DNA of 64,000 bases from an uncultured Bacteroidales bacterium (GTDB lineage: Bacteria; Bacteroidota; Bacteroidia; Bacteroidales; GWA2-32-17), in assembly GCA_937960415.1 (NCBI GenBank), contig CALGPK010000001.1, forward strand, positions 4,952 to 68,951, given 5' to 3'. Numbering within the stretch: the stretch's first letter is position 1; each line of letters begins with the position of its first letter. Positions 53,790-64,000 of the stretch are shown in pieces. The translations under genes were made by a program, and so were the position numbers. Below the pieces are notes generated by a model that saw nothing but the letters and a program-made list of their open reading frames with translations, did not search any database and was not told where the DNA came from.

Positions 53790-55031
53790 ATGCAGCTTGT
53801 ATATTCGATCTTTATACGACTTTATGTTTTTTTGATATGGATTGCACACTTTTTTAATCAAAAAGCCAAATTATGGCTTAACGGACGGAAAGATGTTTGG
53901 CAAAACATTAGTAAAGCATCGAATACCGAGGAAAAAATGATTATATGGATGCACGTTTCGTCACTCGGTGAATTTGAACAAGGTCGTCCACTTATCGAAG
54001 AACTTAAAAACCGTTATCAACACATTGGCATAGTATTAACTTTTTTTTCGCCATCGGGCTACGAAATACGAAAAAATTACCCTATAGCCGATTTCATCTT
54101 TTATTTGCCCTTAGATACACAATCCAATGCTGAACGATTTTACAATTTGATACAACCTCATCTAGTAATTTTTGTTAAATACGACTTTTGGTACTTTTAC
54201 ATTCGAGAAGCAGTTCGAAGAAAAATACCCATTATTCTTGTATCGGCCATTTTTAGGTCTAATGATATATTTTTCAAATGGTATGGTTCGTTGCACAGAA
54301 AAATGCTGAAAAGCTTTAACGAAATTTTTGTACAGGACGAGCATTCGAAAAAACTTATCGAAACATTGCATCCTAATGCGACAATAGCTGGCGATACCCG
54401 TTGCGATAGAGTTATTCAGATATCGCAATCGGCTCAAATACCAGCAATCATTAGACAACGCTCTTACCATCGATTTGTTGTGGTGATTGGTAGTGCTTGG
54501 AAAGAAGACATTGAGGTTATAAAGCCTGTTTTTGAAAAGTTTTCGGATGTATATTGGATTATTGCTCCTCACAATATCGAAAATCAACATCTAAAAGCGT
54601 TGACCAATCTTTTACCTCAAAAATTTGTATGGTATTCAAGTTTAGAAAAGTCGCCCGAACTAGCAGATTATCCTATATTGATTATTGATAATATTGGCAT
54701 GCTTTCGTCGTTATATAGCATTGCTCAGCTGGCTTATATTGGCGGGGGATTTGGTAAAGGAATTCACAACATACTGGAACCCGCTGTATATGGAATTCCT
54801 GTTATTTTCGGTCCTAAATATCAAAAATTTAACGAAGCTGTTTCGCTTATTCAGAAAAAAGGAGCTTTTTCGATTAAAAATACCAGTGAGGCACTTGTTG
54901 TTTTTTCAAATTTAATTCAAAACACCGACAAATTAAAACAAGCTGGAATCATTGCACGCCAATATGTAATAGAACATTCGGGAGCTACCAACATAATTTT
55001 GCAAAGAATAGAAAAATATTTAAGTCGATAA
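53790..55031 (+). CDS. waaA: 3-deoxy-D-manno-octulosonic acid (Kdo) transferase
   Basis: Start re-called to MQLVYSIFIRLY. IWMHVSSLGEFEQGRPLIEEL and GGGFGKGIHNILEPAVYGIPVIFGP are typical of WaaA/KdtA. Confidence 0.85.
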   Translation: MQLVYSIFIRLYVFLIWIAHFFNQKAKLWLNGRKDVWQNISKASNTEEKMIIWMHVSSLGEFEQGRPLIEELKNRYQHIGIVLTFFSPSGYEIRKNYPIADFIFYLPLDTQSNAERFYNLIQPHLVIFVKYDFWYFYIREAVRRKIPIILVSAIFRSNDIFFKWYGSLHRKMLKSFNEIFVQDEHSKKLIETLHPNATIAGDTRCDRVIQISQSAQIPAIIRQRSYHRFVVVIGSAWKEDIEVIKPVFEKFSDVYWIIAPHNIENQHLKALTNLLPQKFVWYSSLEKSPELADYPILIIDNIGMLSSLYSIAQLAYIGGGFGKGIHNILEPAVYGIPVIFGPKYQKFNEAVSLIQKKGAFSIKNTSEALVVFSNLIQNTDKLKQAGIIARQYVIEHSGATNIILQRIEKYLSR

Positions 55032-55106
55032 AATCGATTTTTTTTCATTTTATGTTTTCAAAAATTTATGTATTTTTATACATTCAACTAATTCAACATT
55101 TTTATC

Positions 55107-55580
55107 ATGAATATTGAACAAAACAAAGTAGTAGAATTATCATTTAAACTGAGTTTAGATGATTTCAATGGTGAACTTATTCAGGAATTTGATAAGGAAG
55201 AACCATTTAAATTTATTTTTGGTACTGGTTATTTGCTCGAAGGCTTTGAAAATAAAATCAAAGGTTTAACTACGGGCGACAAATTTAAATTTAAATTGCC
55301 TGTTGAAGAAGCCTATGGCGAAGTTGACGAAGAAGCCGTTATCGATTTTCCGCACTCTATGTTTAATATTGACAAAGAATACATATACGTAGGTTCGGTA
55401 CTCCCTTTTAAAGACGATAACGGCAACGAAATGGAAGGTACTATAGTAGAAATAACCGACAGCACTGTAACCGTTGACTTTAATCACCCCCTGGCTGGCG
55501 AAGACTTATATTTTGAAGGCGAAGTGCTTAATATCCGTGAAGCTACTCCCGAGGAATTGCAACACGGACACGTTCATTAA
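55107..55580 (+). CDS. SlyD-like FKBP-type peptidyl-prolyl isomerase
   Basis: VVELSFKL...FKFIFGTGYLLEGFENKIKGLTTGDKFKFKLPVEEAYGE with an insert-in-flap region and a C-terminal HGHVH. Confidence 0.85.
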   Translation: MNIEQNKVVELSFKLSLDDFNGELIQEFDKEEPFKFIFGTGYLLEGFENKIKGLTTGDKFKFKLPVEEAYGEVDEEAVIDFPHSMFNIDKEYIYVGSVLPFKDDNGNEMEGTIVEITDSTVTVDFNHPLAGEDLYFEGEVLNIREATPEELQHGHVH

Positions 55581-55606
55581 ACTTAGTTTTATTCATTGTA
55601 TAATAG

Positions 55607-58393
55607 CTATATCACAATGTTTATTATTTTGCCGGGTATAGCTATTATTTTTTTTGGTTGTTTGCCATCGAGCCATTTTTGGGTTCGTTCGTCTTTTAAA
55701 ATGGCATCTTCGAGTTCCTGAGGTGTAGCATTCATGGGCAACTCAATCTGAAACCGCATTTTGCCATTAAATGAAACCGGATATACTTTAGTATTTTCTA
55801 TGATATAAGCTTCTAAGTATTTTGGGAATGGTTCGTTAGCTATTGAAGTCTTGTGTCCCAACATAGCCCACAATTCCTCGGCAATGTGTGGTGCAAAAGG
55901 CGACAAACATACCAAAAAAGGTTCTAAGACACTTCTTTTATGGCATTTCAAATCGGATATTTCGTTAACAAAGATCATAAATGCACTAACCGCTGTATTG
56001 AACGAAAAGGAGCGAATATCTTCGTCTATTTTTTTTATGAGTTTATGAAGCAGTTTTAATTCTTTTTCGTTAGCCGGTTCATCTGTTACAATAAGTTGTT
56101 TTTCATTACTTATAAATAACCGCCAAACTTTTTTTAAAAAGCGATGTACTCCCTCAATTCCGTTGGTATCCCATGGTTTGGATTGTTCCAGTGGTCCTAG
56201 AAACATTTCGTACATGCGGAGTGTATCGGCTCCATATTGATCTACAATATCGTCGGGATTAACCACGTTGAACATCGATTTAGACATTTTTTCAATAGCC
56301 CATCCACAAACATACTTTCCTTCTTCTAAAATAAACTCTGCCTGTTCGTATTCTGGTCTCCATTTTTTAAAAGCTTCTATATCGAGAATGTCGTTTTTTA
56401 CAAGATTGATATCAACGTGAATTTCTTGTGTGTCGTAATTATGCTTTATTCCTTTCGACACAAATGTATTCGTACCTTTAATGCGATAAACAAAATTGCT
56501 TCTGCCCTGTATCATTCCCTGATTTACCAGTTTTTTAAATGGCTCATCTACTGGCGACAAACCAATATCGTACAAAAATTTGCACCAAAAGCGTGCATAA
56601 ATCAGATGTCCGGTTGCATGCTCTGTGCCACCGACATATAAATCGACATCTTTCCAGTAATTAACAACATCTTTCGAAAAATATTCTTTTTCGTTGCGAG
56701 GGTCCATGTATCGGAAATAATAACCCGAAGATCCGGCAAACCCCGGCATAGTACTGGTTTCGAGTGGATAACCTTCTTTCGATTTCCAATTATTTAGACG
56801 TGCCAGCGGAGGATTACCATCAGAAGTGGGCATGAAGTTATCAATCTCGGGAAGTACCAATGGCAATTCATCTTCCGATAGTGGGTACGGTATTCCGTCA
56901 ATGTAGTATATTGGAAAAGGCTCACCCCAATAGCGTTGGCGGCTAAAAATAGCATCGCGAATACGATAATTAATTTTGTATTTTCCAATTCCCAGCTCTT
57001 TAACTTTTTGTATTACACTTTGAATGGCATGCTTAACCTCCAGCCCGTTAATAAAATCGCTATTGATACATACGCCTTCTTTAGAATCATACGACTCTGT
57101 CCATGTGCTTATATCGCTACTTTTTAGCTCGTTTGGGTTTTGAATTACCTGTACAATTGGCAATTTAAAATATTGGGCAAAGGCAAAATCGCGTGAGTCG
57201 TGTGCTGGTACTGCCATAATTGCACCGGTACCATAACCTATTAATACATAATCGCTAATCCAAATGGGTATTTCTTGTTTTGTAAAAGGGTGTATTGCAT
57301 AAGCTCCTGTAAAGCAGCCACTAATACGATTGACGTCGCTAATTCGGTCGCGTTCGGTTCGCTTTTTAGTTTGTTCTATATAGTCAAGCACTTTATTTTT
57401 ATATGGTTCGGTGGTAATAGACAACACGTATTCATGTTCGGGGGCAAGTACCATAAAAGTACAGCCAAAGATGGTATCGGGTCGGGTTGTAAAAATTAAT
57501 AGAGGCCTATCAAAGTTTTTAATGTTAAAATAAATTTCTGCTCCTTCGGATTTACCAATCCAATTACGCTGCATTTCTTTCAACGAATCGCTCCAATCGA
57601 TTCGGTTCAATCCCTCGAGCAAACGTTCGGCATACGCACTTACTCGTAAAAACCATTGCTTCATTTTTCTTTGCTCAACCAGATGTCCGCCTCTGACAGA
57701 AAAACCGTCTTTTACCTCATCGTTGGCTAAAACGGTTCCCAGTGCGGGACACCAATTGACAAAAGTTTCGTCGAGGTATGCCAATCGATACTTGAGCAAA
57801 ATCTCTTGCTTTTTGCGTTCGTCAAAATTGAACCACTCGTCGGCGGTAAATTCTACTTCGCAATGATGAGCTGCAGGTACGTTTTTATTCCCTTGTTTTT
57901 CAAAGAGTTTTACAAGAGCTTCGATAGGTTCAGCTTTTTGTTTATCGGTATTAAACCAATGCTTAAATAACTGAATAAACGTCCATTGTGTCCATTTATA
58001 GTACGAAGGATCGCAGGTGCGTATTTCGCGATTCCAATCGTATGCAAAACCAATTTGTTTAAGTTGTTGTTTATATCGTTGAATGTTTTTCTCGGTTGTT
58101 TCGGCAGGGTGTTTTCCGGTTTGAATGGCATATTGTTCGGCTGGTAATCCAAAGGCATCGAAACCCATCGGATGAAGCACATTGTATCCTTTATGTTTCA
58201 TATAACGAGTTACAATGTCGCTGGCAATATAACCCAATGGATGTCCCACATGCAAACCTGCACCCGATGGATATGGAAACATATCAAGCACATAAAATTT
58301 TGGGTTTTCGGATGAGTTTTTTGCTTCAAATATTTTATGTTGTTCCCAATAACGTTGCCACTTAGGTTCAATACTTCTAAAATCGTATTCCAT
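55607..58393 (-). CDS. leuS: Leucyl-tRNA synthetase
   Basis: HVGH ([16 protein letters not shown]), KMSKS, the editing domain, and overall length of 928 aa. Confidence 0.95.
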   Translation of the reverse strand: MEYDFRSIEPKWQRYWEQHKIFEAKNSSENPKFYVLDMFPYPSGAGLHVGHPLGYIASDIVTRYMKHKGYNVLHPMGFDAFGLPAEQYAIQTGKHPAETTEKNIQRYKQQLKQIGFAYDWNREIRTCDPSYYKWTQWTFIQLFKHWFNTDKQKAEPIEALVKLFEKQGNKNVPAAHHCEVEFTADEWFNFDERKKQEILLKYRLAYLDETFVNWCPALGTVLANDEVKDGFSVRGGHLVEQRKMKQWFLRVSAYAERLLEGLNRIDWSDSLKEMQRNWIGKSEGAEIYFNIKNFDRPLLIFTTRPDTIFGCTFMVLAPEHEYVLSITTEPYKNKVLDYIEQTKKRTERDRISDVNRISGCFTGAYAIHPFTKQEIPIWISDYVLIGYGTGAIMAVPAHDSRDFAFAQYFKLPIVQVIQNPNELKSSDISTWTESYDSKEGVCINSDFINGLEVKHAIQSVIQKVKELGIGKYKINYRIRDAIFSRQRYWGEPFPIYYIDGIPYPLSEDELPLVLPEIDNFMPTSDGNPPLARLNNWKSKEGYPLETSTMPGFAGSSGYYFRYMDPRNEKEYFSKDVVNYWKDVDLYVGGTEHATGHLIYARFWCKFLYDIGLSPVDEPFKKLVNQGMIQGRSNFVYRIKGTNTFVSKGIKHNYDTQEIHVDINLVKNDILDIEAFKKWRPEYEQAEFILEEGKYVCGWAIEKMSKSMFNVVNPDDIVDQYGADTLRMYEMFLGPLEQSKPWDTNGIEGVHRFLKKVWRLFISNEKQLIVTDEPANEKELKLLHKLIKKIDEDIRSFSFNTAVSAFMIFVNEISDLKCHKRSVLEPFLVCLSPFAPHIAEELWAMLGHKTSIANEPFPKYLEAYIIENTKVYPVSFNGKMRFQIELPMNATPQELEDAILKDERTQKWLDGKQPKKIIAIPGKIINIVI

Positions 58394-58430
58394 AACTAAA
58401 TTATTTCAATTTTCAATAACAAAATTGGTG

Positions 58431-58438
58431 CAAAGATA
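58431..58438 (-). promoter_or_regulatory. Candidate -7 box (TATCTTTG, minus strand) for leuS
   Basis: Reverse complement of CAAAGATA, 37 nt upstream of the leuS ATG. Confidence 0.3.
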
Positions 58439-58505
58439 GAAATTTACAGGGCAATTTAACAATTTAAAGTCTTTGATAAATTCCAGAAAAATTAAAAAAC
58501 AGTAA

Positions 58506-58901
58506 TTACATCTGCGACAATCGATCTATTGCATCGTTCAAACTTTTTTCTATTTTGCTTTTTACAAGTGGATGCATCCAAAAAGGAATATCGAGATGCA
58601 TAGTTAGTTTAATTTTTGTTATATATGCTCCTGCTTCTTTAAATTGTATCCAGAAAAAAAACTTAACTGGTGAGTTTTTGTCTGGTCCGAATTTGATGTA
58701 ATTGTTTTCTTCTTTTGCAAGAATATAAACTGTAAAATCTTTTCCTTCGTGCGAGATGGTAAAACGATCGGCTTTTATTTTTAATTGTTGTTTATATTCG
58801 TCGGGCAAAATCGCTGCAAAATTTTCCAGATTACTTACCAGTTGATACACATCGTTGATGTTTCGATTAATAGTCCCTATTTTGCTTTCAACTTTTAACA
58901 T
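58506..58901 (-). CDS. Small SRPBCC/START-like hypothetical protein
   Basis: 131 aa. The beta-rich then helical pattern resembles polyketide-cyclase/SRPBCC folds. Located 7 nt downstream of pyrE. Confidence 0.45.
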   Translation of the reverse strand: MLKVESKIGTINRNINDVYQLVSNLENFAAILPDEYKQQLKIKADRFTISHEGKDFTVYILAKEENNYIKFGPDKNSPVKFFFWIQFKEAGAYITKIKLTMHLDIPFWMHPLVKSKIEKSLNDAIDRLSQM

Positions 58902-58908
58902 AGCCTAA

Positions 58909-59550
58909 TTAAATATTTTGTTTCCATGTAGATGGCGACTTTCTCCATTCCGAAAGGGTTTCGAGATGTTTCGATTCGACATAATTAAACTGTATAGCAT
59001 TCTGAATTAAATCGTAATAATTACTCAACGTATAATATAAACACTGTTTATCCATAAAAGCTTGATGAGCTTGTTCGAACTGATACGTAAAGATTGCCAA
59101 CAATCCTAATACGTGAGCATGGTTGTTTCGTAATGTATCTACAACTTTTAAACTACTACCACCTGTCGAAATAAGATCTTCGATAACAACAACCTTTTTA
59201 CTTTCGGGCTTTTCGCCTTCTATTAAATTTTCAAGACCATGCTTTTTGGGCTCGCTGCGAACATAAACAAATGGCAAACCTAATTGTTCGGCAATTAAAG
59301 CACCATAACCAATAGCTCCGGTTGCAACTCCTGCTATAACTTCTGCTTTTGGAAAATATTGTTTTATATAATAAATATAAGCAGTAACTATTTTTTTTCG
59401 AACTTCGGGATAAAAATAAGTTTTTCGGTTATCGCAATAGATGGGCGATTTCCAACCCGATGCCCATGTAAAAGGATGGACAACATTTAACTTAATAGCA
59501 TTTATTTTTAACAGCAGTTGTGCAATTTCGTTTGAAATATTTTTTTCCAT
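58909..59550 (-). CDS. pyrE: Orotate phosphoribosyltransferase
   Basis: FTWASGWKSPIYCDNR and VVVIEDLISTGGSS motifs. Start re-called to the ATG at 59550, because the track's TTG start at 59565 lies inside the -7 box. Confidence 0.9.
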   Translation of the reverse strand: MEKNISNEIAQLLLKINAIKLNVVHPFTWASGWKSPIYCDNRKTYFYPEVRKKIVTAYIYYIKQYFPKAEVIAGVATGAIGYGALIAEQLGLPFVYVRSEPKKHGLENLIEGEKPESKKVVVIEDLISTGGSSLKVVDTLRNNHAHVLGLLAIFTYQFEQAHQAFMDKQCLYYTLSNYYDLIQNAIQFNYVESKHLETLSEWRKSPSTWKQNI

Positions 59551-59562
59551 AATTTTTTGTTT

Positions 59563-59570
59563 CAAAAGTA
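59563..59570 (-). promoter_or_regulatory. Candidate -7 box (TACTTTTG, minus strand) for pyrE
   Basis: Reverse complement of CAAAAGTA, 12 nt upstream of the ATG at 59550. Confidence 0.35.
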
Positions 59571-59620
59571 ATCATGATTTGGAAATTAGAAGTATTAAAA
59601 AAGTCATATCATTTCAATCG

Positions 59621-62600
59621 TTATTGCTTTAACAACTCTCTTGCTTGATTGACAGGGATACGTTGCTTACCGTCGGTGGCTATAATGAAAGCATCGTTGA
59701 AACCTTGTTGTACCAGATTATTTTTGCTTTTTATTGCTTCATCGTACGATTTAAACTTTCCGGCATAGTATATGGTTGCTCCGGTAGCATCGGTTTCCTG
59801 GTCCATACCATACTGAGCCGAAACCTGTACAAACTTAGCAGCAATATCAAACGGCACTTTGTCTTTAAAAACACCTAATTGTACCCTAAAAAAGAGATTT
59901 TCAACATTCACATTGTTGGCAGTAGTTGGTTGTGTGGTTGTTATTGTAGTTTGCACCGTTTCATCGGACCATTTAATCAACGCATCGGGCTTCATGGCTT
60001 CTATTTGAGCGGCTTCGGCTAAAGTAATTTTCTGACCGTTGTAATATGCCGAAACAAATGCATCGGTAATACCCATAGCAACAATCTTATTCTTTTCTGT
60101 TTCGGCTTTTTTTCTGTCGTTAAACTTGCCAACTAAATAACGGATAAACCCGAAGGCATGATCCTCGTACAGAGGTGTTAAAAATTTCAGTGCTTCGTGG
60201 CTAACAGGATTTTTATATACTCCAATTTGCACGGTGTAGAACAATTCTCGTGTTTGATTTACCATCTGACCTAAATTGCCTTTGGCTGTATTGGCAGTTT
60301 GTTGGTGTACGTGTGTTGCTTCCGCTTTTTGAGCAAGAACTGGCTGTACCGATGTTACTATTCGTATTTTGTTTTGTTCTTCTTGTACAAGTTTTTCGTA
60401 TTCAGGTGAAGTAGCTTGCTTTATTAACTGGCGTGCTTCGAACAGTGTAATTCGTTTACCGTTGTAAAAAGCAACTACAAAAGCATCGGGGTATCCCATG
60501 GGTCTGATATAATCGCGAACAATAATGGCAGCCGCTTCGGAATAGAACAATCCTACAAAATAACGGTAGAACTTACTGCCTTCGAGTTTTTCTCCGCTTA
60601 TGGGCGATAAGCCTTTAAATGCATCGGGGCGAACCGGATTATTGAATGCCCCTATCTGAACCTTAAATACCAACCCCTCGGGCAAAGGAGGATTGATGGG
60701 GATAGGGTTTGCTTCGCTGTATGGCGATGTGGGCATATAACCAAAGCCCATAGGAGTGGCTACATTTCGAGGTATTACCGATGTCGTACTTGGCTGAGTA
60801 GTTGTTCGGGGTGTTGATTCGGCTGTTGCCGCATTTACTGGTTGTATTTGGCGGGGTGGCTGTGCTTGAACTGTTGTAGCCTTTTCCTGCATTGCAGGTT
60901 CATGCGCTATCCGATCGTCTTCTTCTGATGTAATATTATTTTCTGTTTTTTGCATTTCATTGAATTGAACTATCTGTTTATCTTTTACTTCTGTATTAGA
61001 TGTCGCATTTTGCGTTGTCGATGGTTGAATTGTTGTTTGTTTGTTTTCATTTGTTTGAGGTTCATTTTGTGTTGTTTTTTCTGTTCTATCTTCTTGCTTT
61101 ATTATTTGAATGCTTCTATTTTCGATGGTTGATTGTTCGTTAATTGTATTATCTTTTTCAATAGATTTTTGTTCTTGATTTATCGTTTGGGTTTGTTTCA
61201 ATCTTTCTTTTTCTTCTTGTTCTTTAGCTATTTGTGCCAACTGTTCGCTGGTAATAGGAGTTACGCTTGCCGGTGCCTTTAAAACAATTAGCTCATCAAT
61301 AGGTCGTTTTGTCTTTTTCTTTTGGTCAAATTCTTGCAATTCTTCTTCTAATGGTTTTAAGTTAAGGTACAATCCGTATGCTTTTTCTTGTTCTTCAATG
61401 GCAAGTTTTTCAAGGGAATCTGCTTGCAAAAGATAATTATATGCAATATAAGGATTTTCTGTTATAAAAGATTTATCACGAAGCTGTTTGGCCTGCATAT
61501 ACAGATTAGTGGCATTTTTTTCGAGTTGTTTTGCTTGTTTTACTTCTTGAGTATTGGTTTTAGGTCGTACATCAGGGAATTTCGATTCATAGATCTGATA
61601 GATATTGTCATTTACACTTTCGGACATCTCGGCTGCCGTAAACTTCCGTGTAAAATATTCTTTTTCGAGTTTAGGAATTGATTTTTCTGCCTTTTTTCTT
61701 TCTTTTGGATCGGACGAATTTTTAGCAATTTCATTAGCAAGTTCGAGTTTTGATTTATATTTATCGGCTTCGATATTCAGATGCTGAATGGTTTGTCGCT
61801 TTGTTTGTGCCTGGTCGAGTCTAGTCTTTTCTTCGTTGGTTAACGAAAGTTTCGACAAAATACGTTCGGTTTTTATACGAACAACCTCGTTTACATCTAC
61901 TGATTTGTCGAGTGCTTCGAGGCGATCTACTTTAGTTAAATTATTGGTTGAAACAAAAAGTACGGGATCGGTATTGGTTAAAGCATCCATAGCATACTCC
62001 TGGTTGGCTAAAGCCTTTTCTTCGAGCAATTTTGCGCGATTAAGCAGCAATAATTTTTCTTCGGTATTTGAAGTCGTTTTAGCATTAAGCCTTACTAGTT
62101 GAGCTTCTTCGAAGTAAAATTCTGCTTCTTTAATAAACTGAACAGCTATGTTTTTATTTTGTACGGGTACTTGTTCGTTTTGCAAAAGTTGATTTGTTTG
62201 ACTCTGATATGCTTGATATTTATTGGTGTTAGCTTCTTCAAAAATATGGTGTGCTTCGAGCAAAGTAGAAACAGCTTGTTTTTCAATCTTATTTACGTCC
62301 TTTAATAACTCTTTTTTTCGAGTTTCAGAATATGCTTGGGCCATTTGTTTCTTTTTGTCTTCAAGTTCTTTCAATAGTGCATTGCCCCGTTCAAACTTAG
62401 TGTTTGCCTGCCTTATTTCTTGCTGATACTGATTGATTTTTTTATTTTCCTCGGGACTTAATTCAATTTGAATAATTTTGTTTTTGGTTGGTTCCGATGA
62501 TGTTTGTTCGGTGATTGTTTCAGATTTTTGTTCGTTGTTTGCTCTGGATACTAAAGGTTGGGATTGGTTTTCTACAAGCATTTGTCTTCCGGCAACATAC

Positions 62601-64000
62601 AAATCGATGGCATATTTTTGCTTTTCGATAGCTATTTGTTCAAGAATAGCAGCTCGATTGTAAGTAGCGAGCTTTTCTTTGTAGTTGCCAGAGTGCACGG
62701 CTTCTTTTTTCAGTTGTATGGAGCGTTCTTTAAGGGCTTCTATTTCTTTTTCGAGCAAACTGGCATTTTTTATGTTTTCGTTCGAAAAATCGTACATTCT
62801 AACTGATGCAAGTATCTCGCTGTATATTTGCTGAACTTGCTGATTGGTTCTGTCGATTTTTAGTGCATATTCTTTAAACAAAATATTTTGCTTTTCTTGA
62901 AGCTTGATAATATCATTTTCCAGTGTCTTTACTTCCGCCGGATTTTGTGTCTGTTGTTTTTGTTTTTCGAGTTGCTCTATTTCATCAATGTTTTTCAATA
63001 TTTCTTTTTCTAAATTTTTAGCATCGGAAAGGTTTTGTTCGGCTTCGATAAATGTTTTTCGCTGGGCTTGTGTAAATTTAATTTCATATTTATTATCGTA
63101 TTTGCTTGCCTTAAGTACTAATTCTTCGTCTGAAATTTTGGTATCGTATTCGCTTGCTATATTTTGTTTGTATTGATTAATTTTTTGCTGCGATTCGGCT
63201 AAGGCTTTTTTGTTGTTTTGGATTTCTTCGATTAAGAAATTACGCTGCTGTTCGAGTAATTGTTTATCTTTTTTATCTTTTGACTTTTGAATTGCATTGT
63301 TTATGATATCTAACTTTTGCTGTTGTTCGTTGAGTATATTGGTATAGTATTGCACTTTAAATTGTTCTTTCTGATAATTTTCTAATGTTATCGGTTCGTT
63401 GGTTGTAGTAGCCGGTAATAATGGATTTACGCTTTTAATTAATATCGGTGAGTTTTCGCTGGAAGAAGCAGTCAATTCCTTTGTAGTAGTAGTTGTTGTA
63501 ACTGATGTTTTGGTTTGATTTTGAGCAATAGATTGATTATTGTTGGTTAGCGGTTTTTGTAGTTTATTTGCGTTATTAACACTCGTATTAGTTTGTCTGA
63601 CCGTCTGTTGAGCACCAACCTTTTCTTTAACTGTTTGTGCCACTGCCATATCGGCCGATAATTCTTTTTCGAATATTTCTTTCTTTAACCGGTTTTTATC
63701 TACTACCTCTTTTTGAAGTTCGTCATTGGTTCTTTTATCTAAAATAATTTGTTTAGCAAAATCTTTAATAAAAGTATTTTCGCTATTTAAGGTTTCGATG
63801 TCAATGCGAAGTTTTTCTTTTTGTTCGGCAATTTCAATTTGTTTTGCTTCGAGTACTTCTATTTGACGGTTGATAGCATCTATTTTTAATGAAAGAAGTT
63901 TTTTTTCTGTGTCAGAATTGCTTTTTTTAATTTGATCCTGTATTTGTTCTATTTCTTTTTCGAGTGTATTTAACGAATCGGTTGTAGTATTAAATAGTTC
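59621..64000 (-). CDS. Giant coiled-coil / low-complexity protein ending in three SPOR-like repeats, 5'-truncated at the window edge
   Basis: By hand translation the frame stays open from the track's ATG (63649) to nt 64000 (…EKEIEQIQDQIKKSNSDTEKKLLSLKIDAINRQIEVLEAKQIEIAEQKEKLRIDIE…), so the protein exceeds 1450 aa. It has Q/E/K-rich heptad-like regions, a T/Q/N/P-rich linker, and three repeats FKVQIGAF...GYPDAFVV, YTVQIGVY...GITDAFVS and FRVQLGVF...GFNDAFII. Confidence 0.8.
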   Translation of the reverse strand, partial: ELFNTTTDSLNTLEKEIEQIQDQIKKSNSDTEKKLLSLKIDAINRQIEVLEAKQIEIAEQKEKLRIDIETLNSENTFIKDFAKQIILDKRTNDELQKEVVDKNRLKKEIFEKELSADMAVAQTVKEKVGAQQTVRQTNTSVNNANKLQKPLTNNNQSIAQNQTKTSVTTTTTTKELTASSSENSPILIKSVNPLLPATTTNEPITLENYQKEQFKVQYYTNILNEQQQKLDIINNAIQKSKDKKDKQLLEQQRNFLIEEIQNNKKALAESQQKINQYKQNIASEYDTKISDEELVLKASKYDNKYEIKFTQAQRKTFIEAEQNLSDAKNLEKEILKNIDEIEQLEKQKQQTQNPAEVKTLENDIIKLQEKQNILFKEYALKIDRTNQQVQQIYSEILASVRMYDFSNENIKNASLLEKEIEALKERSIQLKKEAVHSGNYKEKLATYNRAAILEQIAIEKQKYAIDLYVAGRQMLVENQSQPLVSRANNEQKSETITEQTSSEPTKNKIIQIELSPEENKKINQYQQEIRQANTKFERGNALLKELEDKKKQMAQAYSETRKKELLKDVNKIEKQAVSTLLEAHHIFEEANTNKYQAYQSQTNQLLQNEQVPVQNKNIAVQFIKEAEFYFEEAQLVRLNAKTTSNTEEKLLLLNRAKLLEEKALANQEYAMDALTNTDPVLFVSTNNLTKVDRLEALDKSVDVNEVVRIKTERILSKLSLTNEEKTRLDQAQTKRQTIQHLNIEADKYKSKLELANEIAKNSSDPKERKKAEKSIPKLEKEYFTRKFTAAEMSESVNDNIYQIYESKFPDVRPKTNTQEVKQAKQLEKNATNLYMQAKQLRDKSFITENPYIAYNYLLQADSLEKLAIEEQEKAYGLYLNLKPLEEELQEFDQKKKTKRPIDELIVLKAPASVTPITSEQLAQIAKEQEEKERLKQTQTINQEQKSIEKDNTINEQSTIENRSIQIIKQEDRTEKTTQNEPQTNENKQTTIQPSTTQNATSNTEVKDKQIVQFNEMQKTENNITSEEDDRIAHEPAMQEKATTVQAQPPRQIQPVNAATAESTPRTTTQPSTTSVIPRNVATPMGFGYMPTSPYSEANPIPINPPLPEGLVFKVQIGAFNNPVRPDAFKGLSPISGEKLEGSKFYRYFVGLFYSEAAAIIVRDYIRPMGYPDAFVVAFYNGKRITLFEARQLIKQATSPEYEKLVQEEQNKIRIVTSVQPVLAQKAEATHVHQQTANTAKGNLGQMVNQTRELFYTVQIGVYKNPVSHEALKFLTPLYEDHAFGFIRYLVGKFNDRKKAETEKNKIVAMGITDAFVSAYYNGQKITLAEAAQIEAMKPDALIKWSDETVQTTITTTQPTTANNVNVENLFFRVQLGVFKDKVPFDIAAKFVQVSAQYGMDQETDATGATIYYAGKFKSYDEAIKSKNNLVQQGFNDAFIIATDGKQRIPVNQARELLKQ

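Noticed and set aside
51263-53790. N-terminal extensions offered by the ORF track for DUF47 (51263), PiT (51879), the barrel protein (52868) and WaaA (53733).
   Set aside because: The PiT, barrel-protein and WaaA extensions overlap the preceding gene and precede a much better start: a canonical family N-terminus or a signal peptide right after the upstream stop. The DUF47 extension overlaps no gene and remains possible (see that feature's evidence). Shorter starts were adopted: 51302 (tentative), 51951, 53036 and 53790.
55025-55042. TCGAT-AAA-ATCGA hairpin plus T-run after waaA, considered as a terminator.
   Set aside because: The stem is only 5 bp and AT-rich, and it includes the stop codon. 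That is too weak to call from sequence alone.

Overview
This is a low-GC chromosomal segment of Bacteroidota type. Evidence for that assignment: type A and type B T9SS C-terminal sorting domains, DUF2723, a GldE-like CBS protein, recurrent TAnnTTTG '-7' promoter boxes, and tight gene packing with many ATGA-type overlaps.

I can support about 50 protein-coding genes, one tRNA-Asn(GTT), two intrinsic terminators and a set of candidate promoters. I recognised no rRNA, CRISPR array, transposase, integrase or phage gene.

Content:
- Housekeeping genes: era, der, dnaB, proS, leuS, pyrE, thiL, trxA, waaA, and a PiT/DUF47 pair.
- Cell-envelope genes: OmpA/SPOR proteins, PKD and T9SS cargo, an LptC-like/GldE-like/PagL-like operon, a TonB-dependent receptor and outer-membrane barrels.

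I see no clear-cut novel multi-gene defence or mobile system. The stretches most worth a second look are:
1. A minus-strand three-gene operon (44052-47006): a micro membrane protein, a fusion of an N-terminal domain with kinase-like catalytic-loop spacing to a class I SAM methyltransferase, and a polytopic alkaline-phosphatase-superfamily protein. I hypothesise an envelope phospho-headgroup decoration module.
2. A lipoprotein with an extreme Tyr/Trp/Gly/His low-complexity core and an (S/N)RP-rich tail (33022-34473), directly upstream of a FadL-like barrel.
3. Tandem DPP-III/M49-like lipoprotein paralogs, the first of which has lost all zinc-site residues.
4. A type II restriction-modification cassette with an unusually small nuclease.
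5. An isolated GC-rich repeat element with a G-run tandem 12-mer.
6. A giant coiled-coil protein ending in three SPOR-like repeats.

Limits: all product calls come from motifs I recognise by eye. No database search was run. Hand-derived coordinates (tRNA, promoters, motifs, re-called starts) may be off by 1-2 nt.
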